Shown one piece after another: positions 28,296 to 38,265 of a stretch of DNA of 54,833 nucleotides. The position numbers and the translations under genes are program-made. This stretch comes from a virus (taxonomy: Duplodnaviria > Caudoviricetes). The number at the start of each line of letters is the position of its first letter. Position 1 is the stretch's first letter. The DNA lies in the IMG/VR virus record IMGVR_UViG_3300020042_001691, positions 1 through 54,833 of that record; one strand, 5' to 3'. The notes below the pieces were generated by a model that was not told the origin of the DNA, ran no database searches, and saw nothing but the letters and a program-made list of their open reading frames with translations.

Positions 28296-29641
28296 GCGGG
28301 CATTAGTTTGTGAGCTTTGGTGTTCTTAGCGACTTGCTTCTTGCCCGTGGTCTTGCGCCGAGCCCTCTGGATGCGGTCCATCATGGCATAGAGTTGCTTT
28401 GCGCCAGCTTCGGTAGAACCATTACCCAGTTCCGACACGATACGCGCAGGGATCACAAACTCACCGTCAGCAAGCCGAGCGGGTTGCTTATTGCCAATCA
28501 CAGCAGGAATAGAGTCAGACACGCCATCACCGGGGCCACGAAGCAAACGCCCACGACCACCAGCAGAGTAACTACCGAGGTTTGACTGTGCGGAGGGCAG
28601 ACCATGCATTGCTCCACCAGCGGCGCGATTGACATACCGTGGTTTGAAGTACGTCTGCTCCCTGCCGTACGGATCTGGTTCAGGCGTTGGGTCAGTCGGG
28701 TTTGTTTCGTATTACTGCTGACCGGGATCAGCGTCCTCTGGCTCTTCCTTGTACTTGGGTGGCTTCATCGCGTCCATAATTACTGGAGCAAACGCGGACG
28801 CAGTGGTATATGGGTTAGCTTTAGCGTAGTTCATGAGATTTTCGGGGGTGGCTCCGCGCCCAACAGAAGCAAACCTTTCCATCGGGGTCATGGATTCGTA
28901 AACTGCGGGACTAGATGTTGACCCAGCAGAAAATGAAGCAGGAGACAGCGTTGAGGTTCCAGTCCCCAATGCACCTTGTGTTCCCGCAGTTGGTGTAATT
29001 CCTCCCAACGTCCCTGCGTTCAGTTGCCCTACACCAAGCGTTCCTGAACCTAAACCCGTGAGTGGGGTAGTTGCAGCGGGAGTAACCCCACTACCCAACA
29101 TCCCTGCATTTGTCACAGCCCCGTTTGTCACAGTAAATGCAGGAGTAGCTGCCTGTGAACTTGCGGTAGCCAATGACGGAGCCCCAACAGCCTCAAGTCC
29201 TTTATTAGCATACGTTGAACTCGCAGTTTGTTGAACGCCTGTAGCCCCCGATGTACCAAGCCCCTGAACGCCTGTAGCCCCCGACGCGCCCAGACTACCC
29301 GCGATACCAGCGCCGCCATAAGCGCCAAGCCCTGCCATCAAACCCTTATTGAGATTGCCAGTTGCAAGTCCCGTCCCGCCACCAATCAGCATGGCAGCAG
29401 TAAAGGGATCAATGGCTCCACCAGACCCAACTGATATAGCTGCGCCCCCCAGCATCGGCAGGATGGAGGACAGGAACCCCGCTTCCGGGAGTCCCGTTGT
29501 GGGGTTGGTAGTCAGTGTACCACCAGCGGCACGGGCAAGTCCTTGCAAGGCATTAACCTCGCCTTGACCCATGTGAACGAGCGTTGTGTCTGGACCTCGG
29601 CCTTGCGCGGCGAGATGGTTGGCAGCGAGTTGAAGGCTCAT
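28292..29641 (-). CDS. Internal virion protein interrupted by one in-frame TAA (28712-28714); 449 codons if read through
   Basis: ORFs 28712..29641 and 28292..28609 share a frame; the 34 codons between them are open (YETNPTDP...NRAAGGA); GRGPDTTLVHM and GPGDGVSDSIPA..ARLADGEFV motifs. Confidence 0.7.
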
Positions 29642-29674
29642 AGCTTCCTCACAAAAAGATTGCGGTTGATGTTA

Positions 29675-30328
29675 TCACGCAGGTAGCGTAGAGACAAACG
29701 ACATCGTAGCTACAACAGAAGCGGTGGAGGGCTTGGTTGGTGAGCCAGATGCTGCATAGTGTTGGATCGTGACTAGAACGTCTTCGATGGACCAGTAGAT
29801 TTCAATGTAGTCATTAGCGTTCATGGACACGAAGTAGTTCCAGCCCTTGATGTCATGCGCTGGGTCGATAGCATCTTTACGGGCTGGCAGACCAATAAGA
29901 CCTGTTGACCCCGGAATGTCGGTTCCGTTTTGCTTTAGCCAGATAAACATATCTTGGGGGCTGTTTTGCAGGTTTTGCGCCTGTACGCTGAACTGCAAGT
30001 TGTAGATACCTGCATTTGCAACTGTCAATCTAGAAGATGGCGCAGTCACCCCGTTCGAGAAATCCGTCACCTCCATCAACAGTTTGGTGGCTGTATTAGC
30101 TACGGCTGTTTGATCTACATAACTTGAGAACGCCCCGTAGGGAATGTTCAGAAACCTACCGCCTTGCCCACCCGCTAAGTTACCTGCCAGACTGTCAATC
30201 TGGTTAAAGTAGAGTCGAAGGACGTTGTTTAGTTGGTTTATGAAAAGCGCATCGGGCGGCTGTGGGCTAGACGGTAGCCTCGGGGCTACAGTTGGAATTA
30301 GCCGATTGATCAGTGGGCTAGTTGCCAT
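29675..30328 (-). CDS. Virion structural protein with beta-sandwich (C1q/BclA-like) C-terminus
   Basis: Helical LRLYFNQID N-terminal part; AGIYNLQFSVQ...IWLKQNG...DYIEIYW. Confidence 0.65.
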   Translation of the reverse strand: MATSPLINRLIPTVAPRLPSSPQPPDALFINQLNNVLRLYFNQIDSLAGNLAGGQGGRFLNIPYGAFSSYVDQTAVANTATKLLMEVTDFSNGVTAPSSRLTVANAGIYNLQFSVQAQNLQNSPQDMFIWLKQNGTDIPGSTGLIGLPARKDAIDPAHDIKGWNYFVSMNANDYIEIYWSIEDVLVTIQHYAASGSPTKPSTASVVATMSFVSTLPA

Positions 30329-32781
30329 TAGCTTCTACGCCCGTCAGGGCGGATGTCAATTCGAGACACCCCCAACTGCCACTGTACGCCAAGCGTATCG
30401 GAACTGACCTTGAAGGCCATCTGCCTGCCTCGGATTCGCACATAGACTTGCTCAGTGAACTGCTGAACTGTGTAGGTGCGTTGGTTTTGATAGTTCTGGG
30501 TACTTGTCACATCCGGGACAGCAGACGTTCCATAGTCAGCACCGGGGAAGGTCCGTGGGCGCACCGTGAATTCAGCGGTGGGGTTGTTGACGAACGAGCC
30601 ATCAAAGGTCAAGTCAGGGATCAAGCGCCAGACGAACCCATAGTTGTGCCCGTCCCCAATGTCAAAGTCGGAAGACTGTATGTACGCAGAGATGGGATTC
30701 GGCGGGTTGACTGTCGCATCGTCTACGCCTGTCTCTTGATACACAAGCTGGGCATTAGTAGTGCCGCCAGCAGCGCCATAGATCATGGACATAGGCACTT
30801 CCCGCAATGAGCTATCTAGCCAAGCGGTTCGCCCTTGATTGTCACCCTCAAAGTTAGCCCAGTCTCCGTACCACCAGACTTGATCCAAGTAGTCATAGAC
30901 AACATACCGATCTACGACTGTAGAATTCGCAGAGCAGTAGCTCCACCAGACTTCGCTGTAGCCCTCATTAGTACCTGCGTGGAACTGATACGCTTGGGAT
31001 AAGTTGATGTCCGTGAACACATACTCGCGCAACGTGCATGGCAAAGTTTGCACTCGCCCTGAGTACATGAAAAACTTGTCCATACCCATCCAGTAAGTGA
31101 TATTACTAGCGGTAGCAACGGTATTGGGACCATTGATAGAGATGTTGTCTTCAAGGATTTGAAAGCCCCACACATAGGGTGGGCCAAGGTACTGCATAGC
31201 GTACAAAGCAGAATCGGTAAATACCAGAATTTCTTGCCGAGTTTGGATAGCCGTGACGATAGATGAGCCGTGGCTCAAACGGTAGTCACCCGCTTGGTTA
31301 GTCGTTGCGGGATTCCATGTGTAGTAGCTTTCCTGATCCGACCAGCGAATCTGCATTGGATCAAGCGCAATGGTGGCGTATGTGCCCGTAGGGTCGTTAC
31401 ATCCAAGAGCAATCACGAAGCGTGAAGCGTCAGAGACAAGTACGAAGTTAACTACTGAGGGGCAGGTAGAGTCCACCGGAGCCCCGCCCACGGTTGTGCC
31501 CGCTGCAATAACCACACCACGATCAAAAATAGTGGGGGCTGGGTTGGTGTCCCAGTAGTACATCGGGCCACCGCGAGCACAGAAAACGAGGTTCTCACCG
31601 AAGTTAGACTGGCTCCACAAGCGCATCTGCAAGCCAATACCCACACCGGATGTCGATGCAAGCCCCCAGCCAGTGAATAAAGTAGACAACTGGATGACAG
31701 CGCCTGTAAGGTGTACAGCGGGGGAAGTCCCGCTAGCAGCGCGGGTACAGCCAGTGAACGTGGTTGGTGAAGTCCCCGTATAGGAGATCAACTCTGAGTC
31801 AATCAGGAAGGTTCCTGAAGCGCCAAAGCCTGTGGTACTAGCTACTGTAATCGTCGTAGTGACTAGTTGGGTGATAGCACCTGTGGTATGTGCTACGGCA
31901 AAAGTGCCGCCAGTCCCGCGAACACACCCAGTAAGGGTGTTTGTAGAAACGCCAGAAAAAGTGATCAGTTCGTTATCTACAACGATTGTGCCCGGAGCGG
32001 TGAACCCAGTCGCACTAGTAAGAACGATGGAAGTGGCAGTAGCAGTAATAGTTCCGTTAAGCGTAGTTTGTGTTACCGCGCCGAGCGTAGTCGTCGCAAC
32101 ACCAGTAACTGTTCCGCCCCAAGCCCCCGAACCCCAGCCAACGCCGAGGGTGTATATCTCATTACCTGTGGTGATCTGAAACGCAAAGGTTGCGTTTACC
32201 GCTGGAGTTCCCGTACTTGTAGCGGCTGTAGCTACAGTAATGTAGAAGGTGTTTGAGTCGTTGTAGGTGATTTGGTACTCACCATTCATCGTAGCCGCTG
32301 AAATGCCATTAACAGCGCCAGTAGTTCCAGAGATGGTTACAAAGTCACCTGTTTGAGCGCCGTGAGAAGGGTAATTAACTTGAACCTGCGTAGAGGTGTT
32401 TGTGGTCGTGAACGCATTGGTGGCGAGCGTAGGAAGTATGCGTAGTGGCGTAACGTCATAGAACGCGCCACCGGGACCGTTCTGGATGTAGTACTTGAGG
32501 TTAGTCCCGACGGCGAGTAAGTTGTAGGCTGATAACGTGACCCAGTTCCAGAGCGCCCGCGCTACCCCCCAAAGCGTACCAGTAGGCGGAACCGATACAT
32601 CAGTAGTGACCCCTGCGATCTCAGTAGATAGAACACCGCTGTCACTGACCCAGCCCCCCATCTTCTCTGGTTGACCAGAACGGAAGCGGATCTTGTTGCA
32701 CTCATACCAGCCACCTTCGTTGCCGTAAGAGGTGGTTTCCCTGTTTACGCCGGGATTGAACTGGAGTTTCTGTAGTGGCAT
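30328..32781 (-). CDS. Tail nozzle/head-closure (P22 gp10-like) protein with inserted beta-domains
   Basis: MPLQKLQFNPGVNRETT...KIRFRSGQPEKMGGW start; IRWSDQE; RGRQMAFKV...DIRPDGRR end. Confidence 0.7.
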   Translation of the reverse strand: MPLQKLQFNPGVNRETTSYGNEGGWYECNKIRFRSGQPEKMGGWVSDSGVLSTEIAGVTTDVSVPPTGTLWGVARALWNWVTLSAYNLLAVGTNLKYYIQNGPGGAFYDVTPLRILPTLATNAFTTTNTSTQVQVNYPSHGAQTGDFVTISGTTGAVNGISAATMNGEYQITYNDSNTFYITVATAATSTGTPAVNATFAFQITTGNEIYTLGVGWGSGAWGGTVTGVATTTLGAVTQTTLNGTITATATSIVLTSATGFTAPGTIVVDNELITFSGVSTNTLTGCVRGTGGTFAVAHTTGAITQLVTTTITVASTTGFGASGTFLIDSELISYTGTSPTTFTGCTRAASGTSPAVHLTGAVIQLSTLFTGWGLASTSGVGIGLQMRLWSQSNFGENLVFCARGGPMYYWDTNPAPTIFDRGVVIAAGTTVGGAPVDSTCPSVVNFVLVSDASRFVIALGCNDPTGTYATIALDPMQIRWSDQESYYTWNPATTNQAGDYRLSHGSSIVTAIQTRQEILVFTDSALYAMQYLGPPYVWGFQILEDNISINGPNTVATASNITYWMGMDKFFMYSGRVQTLPCTLREYVFTDINLSQAYQFHAGTNEGYSEVWWSYCSANSTVVDRYVVYDYLDQVWWYGDWANFEGDNQGRTAWLDSSLREVPMSMIYGAAGGTTNAQLVYQETGVDDATVNPPNPISAYIQSSDFDIGDGHNYGFVWRLIPDLTFDGSFVNNPTAEFTVRPRTFPGADYGTSAVPDVTSTQNYQNQRTYTVQQFTEQVYVRIRGRQMAFKVSSDTLGVQWQLGVSRIDIRPDGRRS

Positions 32782-32788
32782 AGATGCC

Positions 32789-33295
32789 TCACATTGAAAG
32801 CGCGGTGGCTTTTACTTCGGCAACCCTACGTTCCCAGCCCCTACCAAACGTCGCCCATGTGGACAGCCCTTGCAGGAACTTCAGACGCTGGGCACTGTAG
32901 TTGATAATGACGGTGTCTGGTGCTGCCAACAACACAATAGCAAGAGTTTGTGGGCCAATGGAGCCGTCTGCTGTAACACCCAGTGCGGTTTGAAGCCACT
33001 GCGAAGCTCTGCGTACCCCGCTATTTACCGCTGCATCAAACACACAGTAGTCAACCCCACGGGGCAGTTGATCCCCTTTGATCCGATCCCAGTACATTTC
33101 TTTGTAGAGTGGCGAAACCTTGGCTGGTGTAAGCTCCTTCATCTCTTCTTCGGTTACCTTACGGTCAGTCCAATCTTCCCACACTTCTTGGGTAACTCCA
33201 AGGTTTGTTCTCCCTCCCGGATCGCTGGGGTGGTTAACGTAGCCTCCTTCGTGTTTGATGAGGTGGCTGAAGCAAGCATCGAAGTTGGTATTCAT
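32789..33295 (-). CDS. Endolysin, glycoside hydrolase family 108 with peptidoglycan-binding domain
   Basis: HEGGYVNHPSDPGGRTNLGVT, FDAAVNSG, ADGSIGPQTL, FGRGWERR. Confidence 0.93.
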   Translation of the reverse strand: MNTNFDACFSHLIKHEGGYVNHPSDPGGRTNLGVTQEVWEDWTDRKVTEEEMKELTPAKVSPLYKEMYWDRIKGDQLPRGVDYCVFDAAVNSGVRRASQWLQTALGVTADGSIGPQTLAIVLLAAPDTVIINYSAQRLKFLQGLSTWATFGRGWERRVAEVKATALSM

Positions 33296-33519
33296 TTCTT
33301 GTCCTCGTTATCCTTGTTCTCTTTGCCCATCTTGATACCAGCGATGGTTCCAACAAATGCACCGACAATGGTATTGAACGATGGCTGGAGCATTTTGAAC
33401 AACTCGTTGTTGTCTACGCTGCTGTCAAACAAGCCAACCAAAGACGCCCCGCAGGTAGCTACAAGTACCAAGGCCAACGACAAGCAGCAGATGACGGTGA
33501 TGTAGTCTGCTATCTTCAT
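33292..33519 (-). CDS. Two-TM membrane protein, holin-like
   Basis: Two hydrophobic segments, charged C-terminal tail, adjacent to the endolysin. Confidence 0.6.
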   Translation of the reverse strand: MKIADYITVICCLSLALVLVATCGASLVGLFDSSVDNNELFKMLQPSFNTIVGAFVGTIAGIKMGKENKDNEDKK

Positions 33520-33992
33520 TTCTTGTCCTTTTCCTTGCTGCCAATGCTCGATCCAAACCAGAAGTTCAGCATGGTGGCAATGACCGTACCGAGGATGAAC
33601 CCGAGGATGGTGTCGGCGAACCGGACGTTATTATCTGGAATTACTCCAAACGTAATAAAGCCAATGTAGATCGCCGCACAGACTGACCAGAAGGCTGTCA
33701 GGTACATGGTGAACCGCTTGGCAAACACATCTGACTGATTAAGCGCAGCGACCTGCATGGCCCTAGCGTCGGCAGTGTTGGCGTACTCCGCTTTCAGTTT
33801 GTCTAAATCAATCTGAGCCAACTTCAAAGCAGCGTCGGGATCAGCAGAAATGGCTTTGGTGACCGCCTCGACGGTATCTGCTACACCCAGCTTAGAAGCA
33901 ATAGCCGATACAGCCATACCACCCAAGGGGCCAGCAACAGCAGTTGCAAGAGCAGGGGCAACGCTTCCAAGAAGTTTGAGCAGTTCATTCAT
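33516..33992 (-). CDS. Holin-like membrane protein (158 aa)
   Basis: APALATAVAGPLGG N-terminus, ADARAMQ, two C-terminal TM segments ending FWFGSSIGSK; TAATG coupling. Confidence 0.7.
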   Translation of the reverse strand: MNELLKLLGSVAPALATAVAGPLGGMAVSAIASKLGVADTVEAVTKAISADPDAALKLAQIDLDKLKAEYANTADARAMQVAALNQSDVFAKRFTMYLTAFWSVCAAIYIGFITFGVIPDNNVRFADTILGFILGTVIATMLNFWFGSSIGSKEKDKK

Positions 33993-35101
33993 TACGCCGT
34001 CCGTTTCCACATATACACAGTGATGTACGGCTGGTAGTTTAGGTTCGTACCTGCAACGCCCGCAGCGGTAACGGTAGTGGCAGCAGTCGGTGTTACGGAG
34101 TTGTTGCCTGTGGTGATTGTGTGGGTGTGGTTAGCGACGGTGTTGGTAAGCCCTACTGTTGCGGCAGTGGTATCACCTGCTAATCTATAGTTCGAGTCCC
34201 CGGAATCATCTTTTTGCCGAAATGCTGTTGTACCGGATGTGATATTGCTGCCGCCACTATTAACATCAGACGCAATCCAGTGATTGTGCGACCCTCCCCC
34301 CGCAGTGGTTCCCGAGTGCGTGTGGGTTGTATTTGAGAGAGGCGTTGACGCTGTGTGCGTGTGCGAGACAGTTACTGAATCCGCAGAGCCGCCTGTCTCT
34401 TCTGCGGCGTCAAACAGTGGGTTTGTACCATCAAAGCCTACAGGAACCCTACCCGCACCGAACGCTATCCAAGTACCAAAACCAAGCAGGGTTGCAGGGT
34501 TCGTGTTGTTCGTGGCGTTGAGGTAAACCGAACCAACAGGGTAGAGTACCAGCGCAGCAGCAGCAATCGCCGACTGAACAAACGCCGTAGATGCAAGTTG
34601 CAGTGTGTTCGTACCTGCGGTTGCGGTGGGAGCGAGTGGAGTACCGGACATTACCGGAGATGACATCGTGGGGGAGATGAAGTGCGTGTTTTGCTGACGG
34701 AAGTTCGTCGCGTCACTCCACACAGTCATCGTAGCCCCGGCAGGGATAGCAACCCCAGTACCCGCTGCCGTTGTATTTCCAATCACCGTGCTGTTGTAGA
34801 TCGTAGCAACGTAGGCGGTGTCGTTGAAGATCGTGTATTGTTTTGCTACGGGGGGCGCGTAGACCGCAAAAGCCGCAACCGTGGACGTAGTCAACCGAAT
34901 CATCGCATTGCGAGACTGGTCTGCCGCACCATAAAGCGCGGTAAACGCCTGCGATGAAGTGGTCACCGATACCGTGTTATACCCAGACACCGCAGCTTCA
35001 ACCAGCGTGCCGATGTTCGTGTTAGTGGAATTGCCCCATGCACCAGCCTGCGTACCAGTAGTAATGAGTTCAAAACGAAGATTTGGTGAGTACGTACTCA
35101 T
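33992..35101 (-). CDS. Tail fibre with collar-like C-terminal domain
   Basis: MSTYS.NL....G...GAWG anchor; PTATAGTNTLQLASTAFV; YPVGSVY...GFGTW...GRVPVG; HxH repeats; QPYITVYMWKRTA end. Confidence 0.82.
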   Translation of the reverse strand: MSTYSPNLRFELITTGTQAGAWGNSTNTNIGTLVEAAVSGYNTVSVTTSSQAFTALYGAADQSRNAMIRLTTSTVAAFAVYAPPVAKQYTIFNDTAYVATIYNSTVIGNTTAAGTGVAIPAGATMTVWSDATNFRQQNTHFISPTMSSPVMSGTPLAPTATAGTNTLQLASTAFVQSAIAAAALVLYPVGSVYLNATNNTNPATLLGFGTWIAFGAGRVPVGFDGTNPLFDAAEETGGSADSVTVSHTHTASTPLSNTTHTHSGTTAGGGSHNHWIASDVNSGGSNITSGTTAFRQKDDSGDSNYRLAGDTTAATVGLTNTVANHTHTITTGNNSVTPTAATTVTAAGVAGTNLNYQPYITVYMWKRTA

Positions 35102-35113
35102 GGAGTTCCTTAC

Positions 35114-35287
35114 TTATATGAAGCGTGGTTCTTGTGTAGCGGGTAGAGGTGGAGAGTCAGCGCCGATCCCGTGAAGAATTTCAATAGAACGCGCAAAGTT
35201 GTACAACTCCAACTCACTAGGGATGCCCGGAAGACTCTTGATGAGTAGAGAAAGCACTTCAGAATCTACTGGTTTTGCGTCAATCAT
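35114..35287 (-). CDS. Small hypothetical protein (57 aa, not in ORF track)
   Basis: MIDAKPVDSEVLSLLIKSLPGIPSELELYNFARSIEILHGIG...; starts right after the upstream stop and fills the gap. Confidence 0.55.
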   Translation of the reverse strand: MIDAKPVDSEVLSLLIKSLPGIPSELELYNFARSIEILHGIGADSPPLPATQEPRFI

Positions 35288-35288
35288 C

Positions 35289-35951
35289 TCAGCCCCCGTA
35301 ATTCAACACCTCACCCATATCACAACGAGTCCACCCAGAAGGGTTTTCTTCTGGGTCATTGATCTGCTGGACTTCTTCCATAAGCCAGTAAGACGCATAT
35401 ACCAGCGTGGACCTTTCAGTCCTCAATTCCTCGCATCTTAGTTTGGCGGGCTCAAAAGTGTCAAAGCACTCGTACTGTCCTGTCGCGGAGTTAAAGACTT
35501 GGTAGCAGTCAACTGGGTGGTCAAAGACACCATCCCCATCCAAATCGCAGTTCTCCAACGTATGCACATCCCCACCTTCCGGGCACATGGCTTGAACGTG
35601 GAACGTCCACTCCTCCGATGCCATTTGTTCTGCTTGCTTCTGCTGTATAGCGGATACGGCGTCTTGCAAGTTAGTGAATATGGGGAACTCTCCTTCTGAG
35701 ATGTTCATCCCCTGAAGTATGTACCGTTGTTTCCTAGTAAATTCACCTAGTCTTACAATCGCATCTCCGTTGTAGAGGTATACCCTGCCCCAAGTTGCCC
35801 ACCATTGTGGGTGCAGTTCCATGTCTGCGTCCTGTTGCAGTTTCTGCACAAATTGGAGGCGTGTCAGCCCGTCATACCCAGAATCAATCAGATGCTGAAC
35901 AATAGTGGGGCATCCTTGAACCGCAAGTAGTGAATCTTGTGTGATTATCAT
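35289..35951 (-). CDS. Hypothetical protein downstream of tail fibre (possible fibre chaperone)
   Basis: ATGA overlap with the fibre gene; function inferred from position only. Confidence 0.65.
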   Translation of the reverse strand: MIITQDSLLAVQGCPTIVQHLIDSGYDGLTRLQFVQKLQQDADMELHPQWWATWGRVYLYNGDAIVRLGEFTRKQRYILQGMNISEGEFPIFTNLQDAVSAIQQKQAEQMASEEWTFHVQAMCPEGGDVHTLENCDLDGDGVFDHPVDCYQVFNSATGQYECFDTFEPAKLRCEELRTERSTLVYASYWLMEEVQQINDPEENPSGWTRCDMGEVLNYGG

Positions 35952-37579
35952 GACGTTGCTCCGTAGGTAGTACCTGACCCGGAAATGCCTACACTAAAGC
36001 CGCTAAAGTCAATCGCCTTGCCACCAGCCGCACCAGCATTTGAGGCAACAACAGTTCCCCCAGTAGTTGTGGCACTTGTTCCAGCGGTATTCGTACCCCC
36101 GCCATTACCTGATGAAAAAGGATAAGTAATGGGAGCCCAAGCAACGCCTGTTCCGCCGCTAGCCCCCCAACCACCGCCACCACCTCCGCCAGCGCCACCA
36201 GTGTAGTTAGAAGCGCTTCCCCCACCGCCACCACTGCCGCCCAGCCCCCCTTTTGTTTGCCCAATGGCAGTGTTGGTAACTACCCCCGATGCGCTACTGG
36301 GGAATATCCTACCGCCCCCACCCCCACCTGATACGAGAGTAGTGCCACCAGAAGAATTAGTTCCGCCTACAGACCCATTACCCCCTAAGCCGCCGGGACT
36401 ACCGCCACCAGCAAAAATTGGTCCTGTTGTAGAGAAGCCACTACCCCCAATACCGCCCCCTGCCCCAGCCCCACCGCCAGTAGTGATATGCCCGCCACCG
36501 CCACCGCCGCCGCCACCAATATAAGAGCCCGCGCCTTTAACGACTGTAGTAGCGAAGCCTATTTTAAGCGCCGTACTACCTACTCCCGGCCCTGCGTAGA
36601 CTGCGTTTGACCCGTTACTCCCACCACCATTACCACCGCGTCCCATGATGAGACCGTTGTTTGTGAAGGTGAGCACATCTCCAGCAGTTCCGCCGCTAAG
36701 TGTGAGGGCGGGAGTCCCTATAATATCGGAGTAAATATAAACATTATTAACAATGACGTTAATGTTTGTAAGTCCCGCCGAATACGTACCAGATGTAGTT
36801 TTGGTTAGGTTGGTGGAAGCAAAAGTCGCTACGTTGAGCGTAGCCGGGCCAGTTGAGTTGGCCGTAATTGTTATAGTTACCGTCTGGCGTAAGACTGCCG
36901 TAATAGTGCCCACAGAGCCAGTTGCAGTATTACCTGTTATGGCTTTTGCTGTCTGTCTACCGAGCGTGCCAGCACTGCTTGTGGCACTGACAGGAAGAAG
37001 CTCGTCGGAGACTTCGTCTATCACTGACGTAATCGACGCCGTTGCGGATGTTCCGGTAAGTGCCTTTCTATTTTCTTCAGTGAACGTGGTTACGCTAGAG
37101 GTCGCATTAACCGCCGTGACATCTCTAGTCACTAGCCTAGTAGCAAGGCTCGAAATACTGGCGGTTGCGCTAACCCCCGAGAGCGCCTGCGTGTTGGTGT
37201 TTACAGATACGGCCCCAACCGATCCCGGAGTCCCTGTAGCAGAGCGCCCCGTCAACTGCTTTAGAGTTTGTCGAGCGAAGGTCGTCACGGACCCCGTAGC
37301 ACTGACGGCTGTAGGGGTTACCGTAACAAAGGGCGTAGCAAAAGCAGTGGGCGTACCTGCGCTGCCCGTGGCAGAGACGGCTGATGGGGCATCTTGCTGG
37401 ACGTTATCGAGATTACCAACGCTTCCCGATATGCTAACGCCAGACAGGGACTTTGGGATTCCGGGTTCTATGTCCCGTACAATCGTCGTACCGCTCACCC
37501 CACTGACGGCAATCGTCGTGGGGCGTGTAACTGGAGTCCATGAATCACTCGGCCCAGTATCAATAACCGACCAAGACAT
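35948..37579 (-). CDS. Tail fibre with Thr/Ser repeats and glycine-rich C-terminal domain
   Basis: Repeated L(S/T)G.SAT(G/A)S units; NNGLIMGRGGNGG; IGGGGGGGG; GGKAI. Confidence 0.8.
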   Translation of the reverse strand: MSWSVIDTGPSDSWTPVTRPTTIAVSGVSGTTIVRDIEPGIPKSLSGVSISGSVGNLDNVQQDAPSAVSATGSAGTPTAFATPFVTVTPTAVSATGSVTTFARQTLKQLTGRSATGTPGSVGAVSVNTNTQALSGVSATASISSLATRLVTRDVTAVNATSSVTTFTEENRKALTGTSATASITSVIDEVSDELLPVSATSSAGTLGRQTAKAITGNTATGSVGTITAVLRQTVTITITANSTGPATLNVATFASTNLTKTTSGTYSAGLTNINVIVNNVYIYSDIIGTPALTLSGGTAGDVLTFTNNGLIMGRGGNGGGSNGSNAVYAGPGVGSTALKIGFATTVVKGAGSYIGGGGGGGGGHITTGGGAGAGGGIGGSGFSTTGPIFAGGGSPGGLGGNGSVGGTNSSGGTTLVSGGGGGGRIFPSSASGVVTNTAIGQTKGGLGGSGGGGGSASNYTGGAGGGGGGGWGASGGTGVAWAPITYPFSSGNGGGTNTAGTSATTTGGTVVASNAGAAGGKAIDFSGFSVGISGSGTTYGATS

Positions 37580-37588
37580 CGTGGAACC

Positions 37589-38044
37589 TTAAGCGATATT
37601 GATAAGCGCAGTACCTGCACCGTTCACAGGCATGGTCAGCGTAAACGTGCCAGTGGTGACACTCTGCGAGCCAAAGTTGTGTACGCTGACAGCGCGGTTA
37701 CCTTGGGTAGAGTTGTACACAAGCAGTGCGTCTGCCGCAGCAAACGTAACAGAAGTCCACTGCAACTGTGCGGATGGGGTCCAGTACGCCGTGGTTCCAG
37801 TAACTGCTGGAGGGGTCGCATTGGTGATCGTAGCCCCGCCTGCTGCGTAAGTACCGCTGTTTGCGATCTCGTTGGTTGCGGAATACACCGTAGTGCCCGC
37901 ACCGAGAGTGCCAACAGCAAGGTAGACAGCGCCTTTGAATACATCAGCGGTGGTTCCTGCGCGGACCACCGTAGTGCCGAAGTTGTGGTAAGCCTGAAGA
38001 ATCTCAGACTTGAAAGAGGTACACATTGCTTGGGTATTAGCCAT
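37589..38044 (-). CDS. Virion structural protein (paralog A)
   Basis: MANTQAMCTSFKSEILQAYHNF...Y.AGG...ALLVYN...FG; similar to 38262..38675. Confidence 0.7.
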   Translation of the reverse strand: MANTQAMCTSFKSEILQAYHNFGTTVVRAGTTADVFKGAVYLAVGTLGAGTTVYSATNEIANSGTYAAGGATITNATPPAVTGTTAYWTPSAQLQWTSVTFAAADALLVYNSTQGNRAVSVHNFGSQSVTTGTFTLTMPVNGAGTALINIA

Positions 38045-38055
38045 TTTTTAGCTCC

Positions 38056-38265
38056 TTAGATTTCACCAGTAGCGGCTTCACCCGCTACGCCAGCCATACT
38101 ATAGACATGAGCGTTCTGACGAACGATCTCTCCACTACTCTTGTCCGTATACTTCTCAACAAACTTAATATACGTTGGGGTGATGTCCCATTCCGCTTCA
38201 TAGACTAGCGAGTCAACGGGGACATTTCCGAGCGACGTATGGATTAAAGGCGTGTCAGTGTTCAT
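38056..38265 (-). CDS. Hypothetical protein (69 aa)
   Basis: ATGA overlap; lies between the two paralogs. Confidence 0.7.
   Translation of the reverse strand: MNTDTPLIHTSLGNVPVDSLVYEAEWDITPTYIKFVEKYTDKSSGEIVRQNAHVYSMAGVAGEAATGEI

Noticed and set aside
29232-29284. 20-bp direct repeat TGAACGCCTGTAGCCCCCGA at 33-bp period
   Set aside because: Only two copies, in frame within a low-complexity coding linker (SGATGVQ twice); not an array or att site
28292-29641. Alternative genetic code (TAA reassignment)
   Set aside because: TAA, TAG and TGA all terminate clearly bounded genes elsewhere, and no suppressor tRNA was seen
33992-37579. Diversity-generating retroelement acting on tail fibres
   Set aside because: No reverse transcriptase and no template/variable repeat pair noticed
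36753-37592. Long antisense ORFs (also 652..1359, 38698..39486, 45963..46748, 46925..47680)
   Set aside because: They lie opposite well-supported genes, lack RBS or motifs, and are expected shadows of biased codon usage
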